A DNA stretch of 64,000 nt, from the IMG/VR virus record IMGVR_UViG_3300034178_000025, one strand, 5' to 3'. Made by a program: the position numbers and the translations under genes. Shown here piece by piece: positions 7,138 to 17,990 of the stretch. Position 1 is the first letter of the stretch. Every line of letters begins with the position of its first letter. A model generated the notes under the pieces. It worked only from the letters and a program-made list of their open reading frames with translations, had not been told where the DNA came from and ran no database searches. The DNA is from an uncultured virus (IMG/VR IMGVR_UViG_3300034178_000025) (Duplodnaviria; Heunggongvirae; Uroviricota; Caudoviricetes).

Positions 7138-8831
7138 ATGCAACAAAGAGAGCCCGGTCGTCTGTACCCTCCCGTACACCGGCCGGGCTTTCTCTTGGAA
7201 GGGTACGGTGCGGAGTTGGGCAACGAGTGGAAAGACGAGAACGAGAAGGACTTCCCTCGCTGGTTGCTGTGGTTGTGCATCATCTTCGTGATCGGCGTGG
7301 TGATTGCCTGGAAGGTCGGGTGGCTCCACTGAAGCTGGACGCATTCGAGCGGTTCACCCTCAACGACTTCATCGCACCGATGGAGGGTTACAAGTACGGC
7401 GCAGTGCACGTAGTGTGTACTGAATGCTACGCCAGGGTGGACGGCAACCAGGAGACTCCCCTGTTCGGGGATGACGAGTACTGGTACTACTGGGTGCCCG
7501 ATGCCATGGCCAGCCAGCTATTCGTCTGGATGTACAGCCACCTGAACAAGTGGCACAACAAGGAAGGGAAGTTGAGTGGGTCTGCACAACAAGCGTGACG
7601 ACTTCAAACTCCTCGCGCTGGCCGTCGGGATCGTGGTCGTGCTGGTTGCGGTCTACATCGGGGTGGTGTACTGGGGTGGGTAAATCATCTGCAAAGAAGT
7701 CCAACGAGAATCCTGACCGGACGTTCTTCAAGATGGTGGCAGGCGCCTGGCTGATGTTCGGCACGGCGGGTGCACTCATCCTGTTGTTCGTCCATGTCCG
7801 GGGCTAGTCATGCGTGGGGCTGACAACGTAGGGCTATCGCTGTTCTGGGTAGCCCTGCTTGTCTTCGGATGTATCGCTATCTTCCTGTTGTGTGGATAGC
7901 CCATCGACCCATCCAAGGGTAGCAAGAAAGGAAGCACGTGCTCCACTACCTGTCCACCCTGCCCTACCGAACCAACATCCCGGTGCCTAACCCGAAGGCG
8001 CCCAACTCGAAGGATGTTGTCAACAAGGGCAACGACCTGTCCGACTGGCTTGCCCACCGAGGCGGGACATTCTGGGCGATCGTCGTGATCCTGGTCGTTG
8101 CCTTGGTTGTCACCTCCCTCCTAAAACGACCCTTCGTCAGGGGGATCGTGATCGGTGGAATCATCCTCGCGATCATCTTCGCAGTACTGAATGGAGGGAG
8201 GTGAACATGAAAAGTTGGTTCTCGATTGCCGTACTCTGGGTGATTGTCATCGCCGCAGGTATCTGGTGGGCCTCCGGCAAGTAGAAGGGACGGCATGAAG
8301 AGGGAACACCACAGAGGCAGGCACGCGTATAACCAGGGAGGTAACTTCGTGAAGAAGAAACCACACGATGGTGCTGCGCTTGCAATCTCTGTAGCAATCA
8401 CTGTAGTACTCATCTTCGTCTTGACCGCCGTACTGGCAGGGTCTTGACCTAACAACCCCCGACAAGCAGGAGTGCAATGGAGTACGGAGTCTGGATACTC
8501 GGGTTGGCGTTCGTCATCCTGGGTCTGCTCGGTACCTGGTATAACGCAGAGCAAAACAAGTACGGCACGGCAGGTGTGTTCCTCTGCCTGGTCGTCATCG
8601 GCGCCGCAATGCTGGTGTTCAGTTGGTTGGCGTGGGCGAGCAGTGTCTGACGGCGGCGGACCCGCGATGCCTGACGGCCCAGTCAATCCGCTCTGGTTCA
8701 TCTTCATGATTGCCATGCTGTGCATCGGTGCGCTGGCGCCCAGTAGATGGATCAAGATTGCCTGCGCGGTAGTAATCGTGCTGACAATCTTTACAATGCT
8801 CGGGTTCCTTCCCCCCGGAGGAATTAGATAG
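7138..8831 (+). other. cluster of small membrane-protein genes (7138-7332, 7576-7683, 7676-7807, 7810-7899, 7938-8204, 8207-8284, 8295-8447, 8477-8650, 8667-8831)
   Basis: Tightly packed 25-88 aa ORFs, several with clear RBSs, each with 1-2 hydrophobic helices. Confidence 0.65.
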
Positions 8832-8861
8832 GTATGGTAAGGCTCCAATGGTTACCCGGAC

Positions 8862-9434
8862 GTGCGCTCACAGATCGGCGCCCGGGACGTAGTTAAGAAC
8901 AGTAAGGGTGAGGTGGTACTCGTGTCAACGATGCGTACCTATCTGTCTCGCGTGGACGAGGCGGGTAGGCTGGTGATCTTCCGGCATGACGGTGTGCCAA
9001 TCACCAAGGAAGAGCAGGACTGGTTCGCACAGACCGTCACTGTCCAACTAAGGACTGACAACATGACTGCGACCCACCAGCACGACACAGTGTCGCTGGA
9101 TCAGCCGGTATTGTCTGGCAGGAACCGCAAGACGGGCGAGGAAGTTCTGGTACACCCCCTCATCCACGAACTCCAAGCGTTGATTCAGGCACGAGGTTGG
9201 CGCCTGGCTGCGGTATCTCGGGCACTCGGCTTCAGGAACTCGGCACTGTCCGAGTGGATGCGGGGAATGTTCCGACCCAACCTGGCTAACGCTGCCGCTG
9301 CGTTCGGCGCAGCTGGATACAGGCTGGTGCCAGTGAGCTTCCGAATCGAGGAAGACGTACGCAAGATGTGCGTCGCCGACGAGCAAGAGATACTTGCTGA
9401 GTACTACACGATCGGCCTGGGACAGGCAGACTGA
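8862..9434 (+). CDS. XRE-family HTH domain protein
   Basis: C-terminal ARGWRLAAVSRALGFRNSALSEWMRGMFRPNL; start uncertain. Confidence 0.7.
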   Translation: MRSQIGARDVVKNSKGEVVLVSTMRTYLSRVDEAGRLVIFRHDGVPITKEEQDWFAQTVTVQLRTDNMTATHQHDTVSLDQPVLSGRNRKTGEEVLVHPLIHELQALIQARGWRLAAVSRALGFRNSALSEWMRGMFRPNLANAAAAFGAAGYRLVPVSFRIEEDVRKMCVADEQEILAEYYTIGLGQAD

Positions 9435-9440
9435 GAGCAC

Positions 9441-9483
9441 AAGGGCCGAACATCTTCCTCCCCGGAAAAGATGTTCGGCCCTT
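9441..9483 (+). terminator. intrinsic terminator-like hairpin
   Basis: AAGGGCCGAACATCTT / AAGATGTTCGGCCCTT, 16 bp, right after a stop codon. Confidence 0.75.
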
Positions 9484-9603
9484 ATGGTGGAGCTGCCCGG
9501 AACCCTACAGGAGTGATGGCATGAAGCCGTCGCTGATCATGGTACGGGCTAGTTAGACAGGTTGCAAACTACAATCTGCTATCGGAGGATTGGAGGGGAA
9601 TCA

Positions 9604-10278
9604 ATGGAAAACAGATATACCGACGAGCACGTGAGGGACGACGAGTCACTGGTTGATCTGGCTACCAAGTACGTCACCCAGTATGCCGGTGAATTCAGTT
9701 TCTTGCTGGGCGTCAAGCGGGCAGTGCTGACTGGCTATACACTGAACGTGCCCACTGTGCGTGGTGTACTGAACTGTATGTTGGGCGACCCAAACGTGCA
9801 GAACATGCCGACGCCAGCCAGTCTTATCTTCGATGCCGACGAACCAGCATACAAGAAACTGGCACGCCGTCGCGATGTCACGGTCAGATCTTCTTCACCA
9901 TACCGGGTGCCTCTGAGGACAACCTGGAAGGCACCGTACGCCGTGTCGATCAGGCCACAGGGGAAGCTCATCCATGGAGTCGACACTAATCGCAGTCGGT
10001 TGGTTGACTGGCGATACAACGACGATCGAGACGACAGGTTCATGTGGGAGGTGGACTGGTTCTGTACGCGTTCGAAGTACATCTCAGCGCGTGGTGACAG
10101 CCAGTACTACACAAAGAATTACCGACTGCTCACCACCAAGCAGGCGTACACCCTTCTCGAGGACGGCATGCTCGGAGACCTGCCCGAGCTGGGTAAGCGA
10201 GAATGGAAGGCGTGTCGGAAATGCACAGAGATGGGTGCGATGGAGCCCCAGCCAATTATTCAGCTCGAGAGTACATAG
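9604..10278 (+). CDS. hypothetical protein, C-terminal CxxC
   Basis: GGAGG RBS before ATG 9604. Confidence 0.7.
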   Translation: MENRYTDEHVRDDESLVDLATKYVTQYAGEFSFLLGVKRAVLTGYTLNVPTVRGVLNCMLGDPNVQNMPTPASLIFDADEPAYKKLARRRDVTVRSSSPYRVPLRTTWKAPYAVSIRPQGKLIHGVDTNRSRLVDWRYNDDRDDRFMWEVDWFCTRSKYISARGDSQYYTKNYRLLTTKQAYTLLEDGMLGDLPELGKREWKACRKCTEMGAMEPQPIIQLEST

Positions 10279-10811
10279 ACGATCTGCCTGTCTACCCAGA
10301 TACGCAGGCCGACGCTTCATCCCGAATGCCCAACCCGTCCGGATATACCCCAACCCAACAGCGGGTTGCCAGTGGACCCGGCTGCATGGTAGTATTGCTA
10401 TGCGCGGTTGCGTTGATAGTAGTGGGATGGGCAATCGCTGCAGTGCAGTACACAGTCGGAACGGTCCGACCGAATTCCAATCAGTCGGAACAGAAAGAAC
10501 CCGAGCCGGCACCCGCAGTAACCGTTACCAAGACGAGGATCGAACTACCAGCCTCCTGTAAGCAGGCGCTGCTAGACTTCGAGAAGTACCTGGATGCAGC
10601 GTCTGCAATCAGCGGGGTGAACAACCAGCAGCTGGACCTGATGGATGAAGCTAATCAAGCCATCCTTAGTCGGGACTGGAAAGGTCTAGCTGCCCTCACT
10701 GAGCGTCAGCGCAAGTTGGAACGTGAACTCGGACCAGCCAGCACAAAGGTACTGCCCGTCTTGATTCAGGTCAAGGAGGGATTGAAGCAGTGCCAATTGG
10801 ACGCAAGCTAG
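10203..10811 (+). CDS. membrane-anchored coiled-coil protein
   Basis: One TM helix, Pro/Thr linker, helical C-terminus; start uncertain. Confidence 0.65.
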   Translation: MEGVSEMHRDGCDGAPANYSAREYIDDLPVYPDTQADASSRMPNPSGYTPTQQRVASGPGCMVVLLCAVALIVVGWAIAAVQYTVGTVRPNSNQSEQKEPEPAPAVTVTKTRIELPASCKQALLDFEKYLDAASAISGVNNQQLDLMDEANQAILSRDWKGLAALTERQRKLERELGPASTKVLPVLIQVKEGLKQCQLDAS

Positions 10812-11431
10812 ATGTCGGCGTGGTCGAGCTGGATCTCGAACAGATGCAGGCCTGGTTCAAACAAGAGAACAGTACGTGCGAGGCGCCTGAGTGTGACGCT
10901 AATCCGCAACCAGCCTTCTGCTGGTACCAGACTCAACACTCGTTCGTGTGGCTGTGTCAGCTACACTTCGAGATGACTATGGTCCTGTCGGGCATGCATC
11001 TGTCAACCTGGAACAGGAAGCTAGCCGAGCACATGTACGAGAAGTTTCTGGTGCGTTCGTATGTGCACCAGAACAACACGAGCGGGTTCGCTCTTGAGGC
11101 GGCTATCGAGGTCAGTCAGCAGGCAGCAAAAGAGATAGCGAGTCTTAACAAGACTGCTGATGCTCGGGCTGCCCGCGAGATTAGGGCAGCAATCAAGAGT
11201 TCACCCGTTCGGATCGGCTCGCCTGACGAGGAGATCTTGACAGCTCGTGGCAGGCAGGACGCACGGGTCGCCGCTGGTAAACCTAGAATTGGCCGACCGA
11301 GTCTGAATGATCCGGTGAAGCGCACCGACAGGTTGGTTACACTGCGTGCGAAGCTGATCGTGCCGTCTGCAAAGATCATCAGCTCATCCATCCAACCATC
11401 TCCGCAACAGGATACACAGGAGACCCAGTGA
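10790..11431 (+). CDS. hypothetical protein, Cys/His motif
   Basis: 213-aa ORF, CEAPEC...CQLH, overlaps both neighbours. Confidence 0.6.
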   Translation: MPIGRKLDVGVVELDLEQMQAWFKQENSTCEAPECDANPQPAFCWYQTQHSFVWLCQLHFEMTMVLSGMHLSTWNRKLAEHMYEKFLVRSYVHQNNTSGFALEAAIEVSQQAAKEIASLNKTADARAAREIRAAIKSSPVRIGSPDEEILTARGRQDARVAAGKPRIGRPSLNDPVKRTDRLVTLRAKLIVPSAKIISSSIQPSPQQDTQETQ

Positions 11432-11691
11432 CTGCACCACCCGAGACGAAGGCGACCTCGCCGCCCACCCCCTCCGACGAATCCGGCACGGAACGAACAG
11501 ACGAGTGGGTGTGTATCAGGATAGTTGACCTGCAAAGGGAACTGATCTGCGGTCAGCCCGCCACTACCGAGAAGCTAGTACGAAACTCTTTTGGAGTATT
11601 CGCCGTATCACTGTGCGCTAGTTGCGCACGAGATCACCTCCGCTTTTACGCGGCCCTGCGCGCTAAGGGTCAGCGACCCCGTAGGCACTAG
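11428..11691 (+). CDS. small putative zinc-binding protein
   Basis: AGGAG RBS, GTGA coupling, C..C...CASC. Confidence 0.6.
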   Translation: MTAPPETKATSPPTPSDESGTERTDEWVCIRIVDLQRELICGQPATTEKLVRNSFGVFAVSLCASCARDHLRFYAALRAKGQRPRRH

Positions 11692-11712
11692 CCAGTACCA
11701 AGGAGAACCCCG

Positions 11713-13338
11713 GTGCCAGTTAACCCCGTCTCTACCAACGCTGTCAACTCTGCTAATGCAGCCAAGAACAGCTGCGCTACCTGCCCCGCCATGTTGAGCA
11801 ACAGCCAGCAATCTACCCATCTGGGTCGGGCAATCGGCGGTCCAGTTTGCGGACTCAAGCTGATCCCGCTGTCCCGGCCCGGTGGTCCTGAGAAGACAAC
11901 GCTCGAGTACTTCGGCAACAAGTGTGATTCGCACGGCAAGGAGGTGGAGTTCCAGCCCGCCGCTCGGACAGCACCGATCGAACTTCAGATCGCATTCCCC
12001 GACATGAGTCTTCCGGCATCGGATGACTGGGAGGCGGAGACGGTTGCATCCTGCACGGGGTGTGCCAATTACATGCCGCCGCAGGCTACCCGCAGGGCGA
12101 CCGGATGGAGCGCGGGCTTCTGCCGCAAGAAGGGTAAGCTCCTACTGGATGACCGACTGAACACGTACGCGCGAACCTGCGAAGACAGGAAGTTCGCGCC
12201 ACGTTCGATGCGGATCTCGGACACCGATCCCACCTCGGGCAGAAGTGTGGTGATCACCATCCTGCCCGAGTACGACCTGATGTTTGGTCGACCCCAGCCG
12301 GTGAACATCCACAAGATCCACAAGGACAACATCGCTACTCCGCCGAGCCAGTACAAGTCGGACCGTCCTGTCACGGAAGCGTACAAGAAGAAGGGTATCC
12401 TCGCGTTCCGTAGGGTGCAGGATCCGAAGTCATACGGTCCTGACCTGTTGATCCCCGTGATGGATGCTGGATTCTTTGACGACGAAGATCGGAAGCGAAT
12501 CCCCCAGTCAGGCGATCCCGAGAAGCCGGAGTATTACTTCGACCACAACGGCGGGGCTTACAAGATCTTCGTGATGTGGATGAAGCTGAAGCAGACCCCC
12601 GCACTGTGGGGCGAGCCCGGCGTCGGCAAGACGGAACTGTTTCGGCATCTGGCCTGGATGATGGGCATGCCGTTCCAGCGGATCTCCATCACCGAGACCA
12701 GCGAGGTCGATGACATGATCGGGAAGATGATGTTCTCCCCCGAGAAGGGTACGTACTTCCAGTACGGACGCATCCCCCGGGGCTGGACTCGCCCGAACAT
12801 CCTGTGCCTCGATGAGCCGAACACCGGCCAGCCCGCGCTGTGGCAGAGGATTCGTCCCCTCACTGACGACAGCAAGCAGATGGTCGTCGACGAGAACAAC
12901 AGTGAGACGTTGCCGAAGCATCCGTTGTGCTACCTGGGTATGGCGATGAACCCTGCCTGGGACCCAAGAAACACGGGTGTTGCACCGTTGGCTGACGCCG
13001 ACGGTAGCCGGCTGATGCACATCAAGATGGAGCTTCCCCCTCCGGAGATCGAGAAGGAGATTCTTCTTGAGACACTGACCGCCGACCGATGGGAGGAGAG
13101 TGACGCAAAGAAGCTGATCCAAGTCCTGATGCTGATCGCCAAGGAGATTCGAACAGTTGGCGAAGAGGGTGGCCACCTGCCTTCGTGGGGAATCCGGAAC
13201 CAGAAGAAGGTGGCTCGCATCAAGAGGTACATGTCCTGGATGGACGCCTTTCGGATGGGTGTGACTGATGCCCTGGAACCGCAGGTTGCCGAGACGATCT
13301 TGGCAATCGTAAGCAGTCGCGCACCCGACGAGAACTGA
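11713..13338 (+). CDS. MoxR/CbbQ/CobS-like AAA+ ATPase with Cys-rich N-terminus
   Basis: Walker A GEPGVGKT, Walker B LCLDE, AMNP sensor-1; two CxxC..C..C clusters at the N-terminus. Confidence 0.9.
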   Translation: MPVNPVSTNAVNSANAAKNSCATCPAMLSNSQQSTHLGRAIGGPVCGLKLIPLSRPGGPEKTTLEYFGNKCDSHGKEVEFQPAARTAPIELQIAFPDMSLPASDDWEAETVASCTGCANYMPPQATRRATGWSAGFCRKKGKLLLDDRLNTYARTCEDRKFAPRSMRISDTDPTSGRSVVITILPEYDLMFGRPQPVNIHKIHKDNIATPPSQYKSDRPVTEAYKKKGILAFRRVQDPKSYGPDLLIPVMDAGFFDDEDRKRIPQSGDPEKPEYYFDHNGGAYKIFVMWMKLKQTPALWGEPGVGKTELFRHLAWMMGMPFQRISITETSEVDDMIGKMMFSPEKGTYFQYGRIPRGWTRPNILCLDEPNTGQPALWQRIRPLTDDSKQMVVDENNSETLPKHPLCYLGMAMNPAWDPRNTGVAPLADADGSRLMHIKMELPPPEIEKEILLETLTADRWEESDAKKLIQVLMLIAKEIRTVGEEGGHLPSWGIRNQKKVARIKRYMSWMDAFRMGVTDALEPQVAETILAIVSSRAPDEN

Positions 13339-13362
13339 CCGCACTACCTACAGGAGAAGAAC

Positions 13363-13587
13363 ATGATCGACCCGAAGGAACTGGACGTCAATGACGCCGA
13401 CCTCGAGAACGGTGCAGACGTTCTGCTGGCCGAGGAGGGGGAGCACCTGGTCAACGCAGCACTGATCATCGGCCAGCTGGACCCGACCGAGATCGACACG
13501 TCCAGCATGCTGCCGCGCTGGACGGACGCGCAGCGAGAGCTGATCAGCCGTGCGCGCGAGCAGCTCGGTGAGTGGCGCGACGAGTAG
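13363..13587 (+). CDS. small acidic protein
   Basis: AGGAG RBS, 74 aa. Confidence 0.65.
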   Translation: MIDPKELDVNDADLENGADVLLAEEGEHLVNAALIIGQLDPTEIDTSSMLPRWTDAQRELISRAREQLGEWRDE

Positions 13588-13859
13588 GTCACCGTAGACA
13601 GGAGTCACATGGACGAACTGTACGCAGCCATCGTCTACATGATGCTGGCTCCCTTCTTCGTTGCAATCTTTGCGGCGTTGAAGCTCACCCATGCACTGAA
13701 GATCGGCGTTATCGCTGCCATCTTCCCGGCAATCGCATGCTATGCTTGGTTGCTGAGTTTGAAACCCTGACTCCCGATGAGTCTGCCGCCCGCACCTGCC
13801 AAGCATTCCCTGCACCTGGCAGGTGCGGGACACAGGTTTATTGAAGAAAGGATAACGAC

Positions 13860-16649
13860 ATGGGACGTGTCGTTCGATCTGCCAAAGGAACACCCCAACC
13901 ACCCAAGCTGGATCCAAAGCAGGAACTCGCTTGGAAGGCAGTCCGAAACTTTAACCGGATGCTTCCCACCCTCACCAGCTTCGCCCGTGCCCTGACCGGC
14001 AACAACAAGGTAACAGTTCGTGCCGGCAAGTCTACCGAGACAGATGGAACCATCATCTGGATGCGTCCGCCGTTGGGACTCGGCGAGACTGTCCGTCACG
14101 AGTCGTCACTGTGTGACCTACGTAACGACACCCTGACTCCACTGTGCCCAGCGTGCCGTCGCAACGACGACGTCTGGGCTGGGCTCCACCACGAGATGTC
14201 TCACATCCTACTGGGTAGCTTCCAGAAGGTGTCCGAGGACATGCGTAAGGCAATGCGTGATCTCGTTGACGATTGGCACCCAGCAGACGCATGCGATCAC
14301 GGGACTGATCTGCACAACAAGATCACTGGTTCTACCGCTTACCTGCCGATGTTCGGCATATTCTCCAAGTACCTGTGGATGATCCACCAGGCACTGGATG
14401 ACTCTCGTGTGGATTCCGGGATGCTCAACATCAAGCCTGGCCTACGCAACCAGTTTTACTCTACCAGCTATCGGGCATTCGCCGAGGGGGTAGAGCAATC
14501 GGACGGGAAGATGTCTCACTGGAGGGACGCACCCGTCAATGCGCAGGTAGTTGTCGGCATGATGCTGATCGCTTCAGGCTGTCACATCCGTGAAGGATGG
14601 CTGCGTCCGGAGGTGCTGGAGATTCTGGATGACGAGACGTTGCAGGATCTTCTGGCCGACGCGACCCACTGGGGCAACGTGGATGGCGCAGCCTGGCGTA
14701 CCATTGCCGCCTTCCGCAGGCTGAACGATATGGGCCTGTGCGTGGTAGAGAAATGCGTACCGCCAGAGCCGACGCCACCCAGCCTGAACAACGACAGCGA
14801 CAAGGAGAAATCGGATGACGGAGATCCCCAGCCCGGAGATGATCCTGTCGGAGATGAAGAAGATGCCTCCGATGGAGATGATGATCCTTCAGGTGACGAC
14901 GAAGAATCTGATTCGGACGGGGGAGATGGTTCCGAATCAGATGGATCTGGCGACGATGATAGCCAAGCATCGCCAGATTCTACGGACGCAGGCGACGAAC
15001 AGTCAGGCGACGGGTCGTTCGGAAACGACTTCGAGAACGAGGACTCGAGTAGCGACGGGTCGGATAAAGAAGGTGGGGATTCCGACTCTCAATCCGAGGA
15101 CGAGTCAGTACCTGATGACGCTGGAGATGAAGACGGCGAGGCTACTGGAGGATCATCCGACCAGCGTGAAGCTGAGCCTGATGAGAACTCTGACGGCGAT
15201 GCAGGTGAAGATCAAGCTGACGCCGTCGACTCCTCTGAGTCTGAAGACGAAGCTGAAGATGGTGAAGCTTCACCTGAAGCGGATCCCCAGGGTGATTCTG
15301 GGTCGTCAACTTCGGGAGAGTCTTCCAACCCTGATGGCAATCGCGATGCACAAGACGGCGACGGGGACGCATCAGGAGAATCTCAAGATCCGGCGGACAA
15401 GGCTGGATACGGCGGCGGAGGCGATGGATCATTCGATCCAGATGAAAGCAAGTCCGCTAGCCAGAGCACTGATGACGACGCGTCCGTTGACGCGGACGGA
15501 GAAGAAGATGTCCGAGAGGATGAACCTCTAGGCGACGAGGTCTGGTCCGAGCAATATGACGACCCCCGCCCGCAGGCTGTACGGTCCATCCCCGGAGATG
15601 AGTTCGGCGATGAGGATCTGGCCGAGGAGTTCTTCGGGAAGTTCACTGGCCACTCTGCGCACGACGAAGATGTCGACGAGCGTCTAGAAGAAGACGACCC
15701 TTACGACGAGCTGGATGATGAGATCCTGGTAGTTCGCCGCAAGGCTGTCGATAATGCTGTCATGCAGGCTGCATTCTTCGATCGATCCAGCGTTGGCGTC
15801 GGCGAGGTAGTGGAATACGAGTTCCCTACCAAGCTGTTTGGCTGGGTTGACCGTGGCTGGATCAGCAGATTCGACAACTTCCTCCCGACCGAGGCAGTGA
15901 TCGGGCGTGCACTGTTGAAGGCACGCATCGTGTTCGCCGAAAACAAGCGCAGTCGTCACGTAACCGGACTCACGTCGGGCCGGGTTAACGGCAGTTCGCT
16001 GGGCAAGCGTGCGGCACTGGGTGATGAGCGTCTGTTCAAGAAGCGGATTGCACCCGGCAAGCGTGACTACATCGTCGGCATCACGGTTGACTGCTCTGGG
16101 TCGACTCAGGGTAACCGCATCGAAAGAATCAAGCGGGCCGTGTTCGCCAAGGCTGAACTGCTGCACAGGCTGGGCGTGAAGTTCTACATCACTGCGCACA
16201 CCGGCGGCATGGAGCGCTGGTGGACCGAGGGTTACGACTACGCTCGGGACTACGGCGACGAGCTAGAGAACCTTATGATCCTGTGGATCAAGAAGCCTGA
16301 TGAGCCGTGGAACAACGCGACCCGGACCAGGTTGGCGACGCTGCCAGCTCTTGCTAACAACTTCGACGGACATACCCTCGAGTTCCATCGCAAGGTTCTA
16401 GAACGTCGTACCGAGACTGACAAGATCCTCATCTACTACACGGACGGCGCGATGCCTGCCGCGAACTACGATGAGGAGTTGGCCATCTTGACGGATGAGT
16501 TGGTCAAGTACAACCGAGCAAAGATCCATAAGCTGGCCGTCGGAATCAACACGGACAGTCCATCAAGGTATGGATTCGATACCGTGCGGGTTGACGGAGA
16601 TGAGGATCTCATCAAGGTTGTCCAGCAACTGGAACGCTACCTCGTCTAG
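13860..16649 (+). CDS. CobT-like VWA protein (HExxH N-domain, long acidic linker, MIDAS VWA)
   Basis: HHEMSH; about 300-aa D/E/S/G-rich tract; VDCSGS and YYTDG. Confidence 0.88.
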   Translation: MGRVVRSAKGTPQPPKLDPKQELAWKAVRNFNRMLPTLTSFARALTGNNKVTVRAGKSTETDGTIIWMRPPLGLGETVRHESSLCDLRNDTLTPLCPACRRNDDVWAGLHHEMSHILLGSFQKVSEDMRKAMRDLVDDWHPADACDHGTDLHNKITGSTAYLPMFGIFSKYLWMIHQALDDSRVDSGMLNIKPGLRNQFYSTSYRAFAEGVEQSDGKMSHWRDAPVNAQVVVGMMLIASGCHIREGWLRPEVLEILDDETLQDLLADATHWGNVDGAAWRTIAAFRRLNDMGLCVVEKCVPPEPTPPSLNNDSDKEKSDDGDPQPGDDPVGDEEDASDGDDDPSGDDEESDSDGGDGSESDGSGDDDSQASPDSTDAGDEQSGDGSFGNDFENEDSSSDGSDKEGGDSDSQSEDESVPDDAGDEDGEATGGSSDQREAEPDENSDGDAGEDQADAVDSSESEDEAEDGEASPEADPQGDSGSSTSGESSNPDGNRDAQDGDGDASGESQDPADKAGYGGGGDGSFDPDESKSASQSTDDDASVDADGEEDVREDEPLGDEVWSEQYDDPRPQAVRSIPGDEFGDEDLAEEFFGKFTGHSAHDEDVDERLEEDDPYDELDDEILVVRRKAVDNAVMQAAFFDRSSVGVGEVVEYEFPTKLFGWVDRGWISRFDNFLPTEAVIGRALLKARIVFAENKRSRHVTGLTSGRVNGSSLGKRAALGDERLFKKRIAPGKRDYIVGITVDCSGSTQGNRIERIKRAVFAKAELLHRLGVKFYITAHTGGMERWWTEGYDYARDYGDELENLMILWIKKPDEPWNNATRTRLATLPALANNFDGHTLEFHRKVLERRTETDKILIYYTDGAMPAANYDEELAILTDELVKYNRAKIHKLAVGINTDSPSRYGFDTVRVDGDEDLIKVVQQLERYLV

Positions 16650-16657
16650 GGAGACGA

Positions 16658-17032
16658 ATGGAAATCAGAACCAAAGATCTTCCTGGACTGGTCGGCAAGC
16701 AGGTAGTTGTTGAAACTGACTATGCCACTATCGAGGGTGAGGTGCTGGCCACCACGTCTGATGCTATCGTGCTTCGGACCAAGGCCGGCACCTCGGTGGT
16801 CGAGCTGTCCAGGATGATCGACATCAGGCTAGCCGATCCAGCCACGAAGATAGTCCGTCGGAAGATCAGACCAGCTACTATCCAGCTAGTCAGGCAGCAT
16901 CTGCTGGACCGACACGGCATGCAGTGGGATCTCATGAAGCTCACCAGCCCATCGTCAGCGCTAGCGTTGCACGAACTGACGGACCATACCAACCTCGGCC
17001 ACCAACACCGCGCGGATACAGAGGAGGAGTAG
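16658..17032 (+). CDS. hypothetical protein, possible Sm/LSm-like N-domain and His-rich C-terminus
   Basis: LVGKQVVVET..IEGEVL...AIVL pattern; RQHLLDRHG...LGHQH. Confidence 0.7.
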   Translation: MEIRTKDLPGLVGKQVVVETDYATIEGEVLATTSDAIVLRTKAGTSVVELSRMIDIRLADPATKIVRRKIRPATIQLVRQHLLDRHGMQWDLMKLTSPSSALALHELTDHTNLGHQHRADTEEE

Positions 17033-17219
17033 ATGAACGCATTCTACTGGGTGGCGGAGCAAGTTTTCATACTTGCCAGGGGTTACCTTCTTGCTTGGGT
17101 GATTATATACCTTGTTAACTTCATCTTTCGGCCTAGAAAGAAGGAAGAATGATCCTCCCCGTACTGCTCGGCCTAGCCGTTCTTACGCTGATCCTATACG
17201 TTATCCTCGGGGGAAGGTA

Positions 17220-17933
17220 ATGGATACGCCTGCGAGCTCGGCCGATCCGGAGCACTACTACAAGATGCCACCCGTAGGGATGACAACTACTCGGGCCAGC
17301 CTCAACGGTCGAGTGATTCACAGCTACACGGTACGCTGCGGAAGTATTAACTGCTGGTTCGTCGGTCACGGTGGCACCAGTCAGGATGCACAGTTCGTAC
17401 TGGACGAGCACAAGTGCCCGACGCTTCCGATTCGCAATGAGCTACCGACGGGTCGGTCGACGCTGGAAAAGCTCTGGGACGAGATGGACGACGTCACTGC
17501 TGCGCTGATAGACGGGCACGAGTACAACGGAATGACTGGAGATTCCCTCAAGGGATACGCGAAGGGGATTGCGTTCAACCTCAGCATGATGACGCACCCG
17601 TACTTCCGTACCATAAAGGAGATAGCCAGGGAGGCCGGCGCTCGCAACAAGATGAGCAAGGGTGTCATGCCCTGGCGACCAACCCCCAGCTACCGGCACA
17701 ACCCAACACCCGAGGTGCTGACAGCAAACGTGATCAGCACGGTGCCTGCCGAGAAGCGCGCACCCACCAAGAGGACACCTGTCAAGGCTGCGTCGAAGCC
17801 GGTCGTGAACCTGGAACCGCAGAATGCTGCGGCCATTCGGGCGGGGATGGGATCTGGAATGTTCTCCATGGCCGAGCTGGCCGAAATGTACGGGGTCACC
17901 GTTGAGCAGGTGAAGATGCTGACCAGCAAGTAG
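17220..17933 (+). CDS. hypothetical protein with C-terminal HTH
   Basis: SMAELAEMYGVTVEQV; GGAAGG RBS. Confidence 0.65.
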   Translation: MDTPASSADPEHYYKMPPVGMTTTRASLNGRVIHSYTVRCGSINCWFVGHGGTSQDAQFVLDEHKCPTLPIRNELPTGRSTLEKLWDEMDDVTAALIDGHEYNGMTGDSLKGYAKGIAFNLSMMTHPYFRTIKEIAREAGARNKMSKGVMPWRPTPSYRHNPTPEVLTANVISTVPAEKRAPTKRTPVKAASKPVVNLEPQNAAAIRAGMGSGMFSMAELAEMYGVTVEQVKMLTSK

Positions 17934-17937
17934 TCGC

Positions 17938-17966
17938 TTGACATCGCTGTGTAGATGTGATAGGAT
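17938..17966 (+). promoter_or_regulatory. promoter TTGACA-17-TAGGAT
   Basis: Near-consensus hexamers upstream of ATG 17991 and its GGAGG RBS. Confidence 0.7.
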
Positions 17967-17990
17967 GGGTACATCCTGGGAGGTGGAGCG

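Noticed and set aside
6993..7330. 5' part of ORF 6993-7598
   Set aside because: Overlaps a strong RNA stem and the 7138 membrane ORF; only the 3' part (about 7330-7598) looks protein-like and its start is unclear
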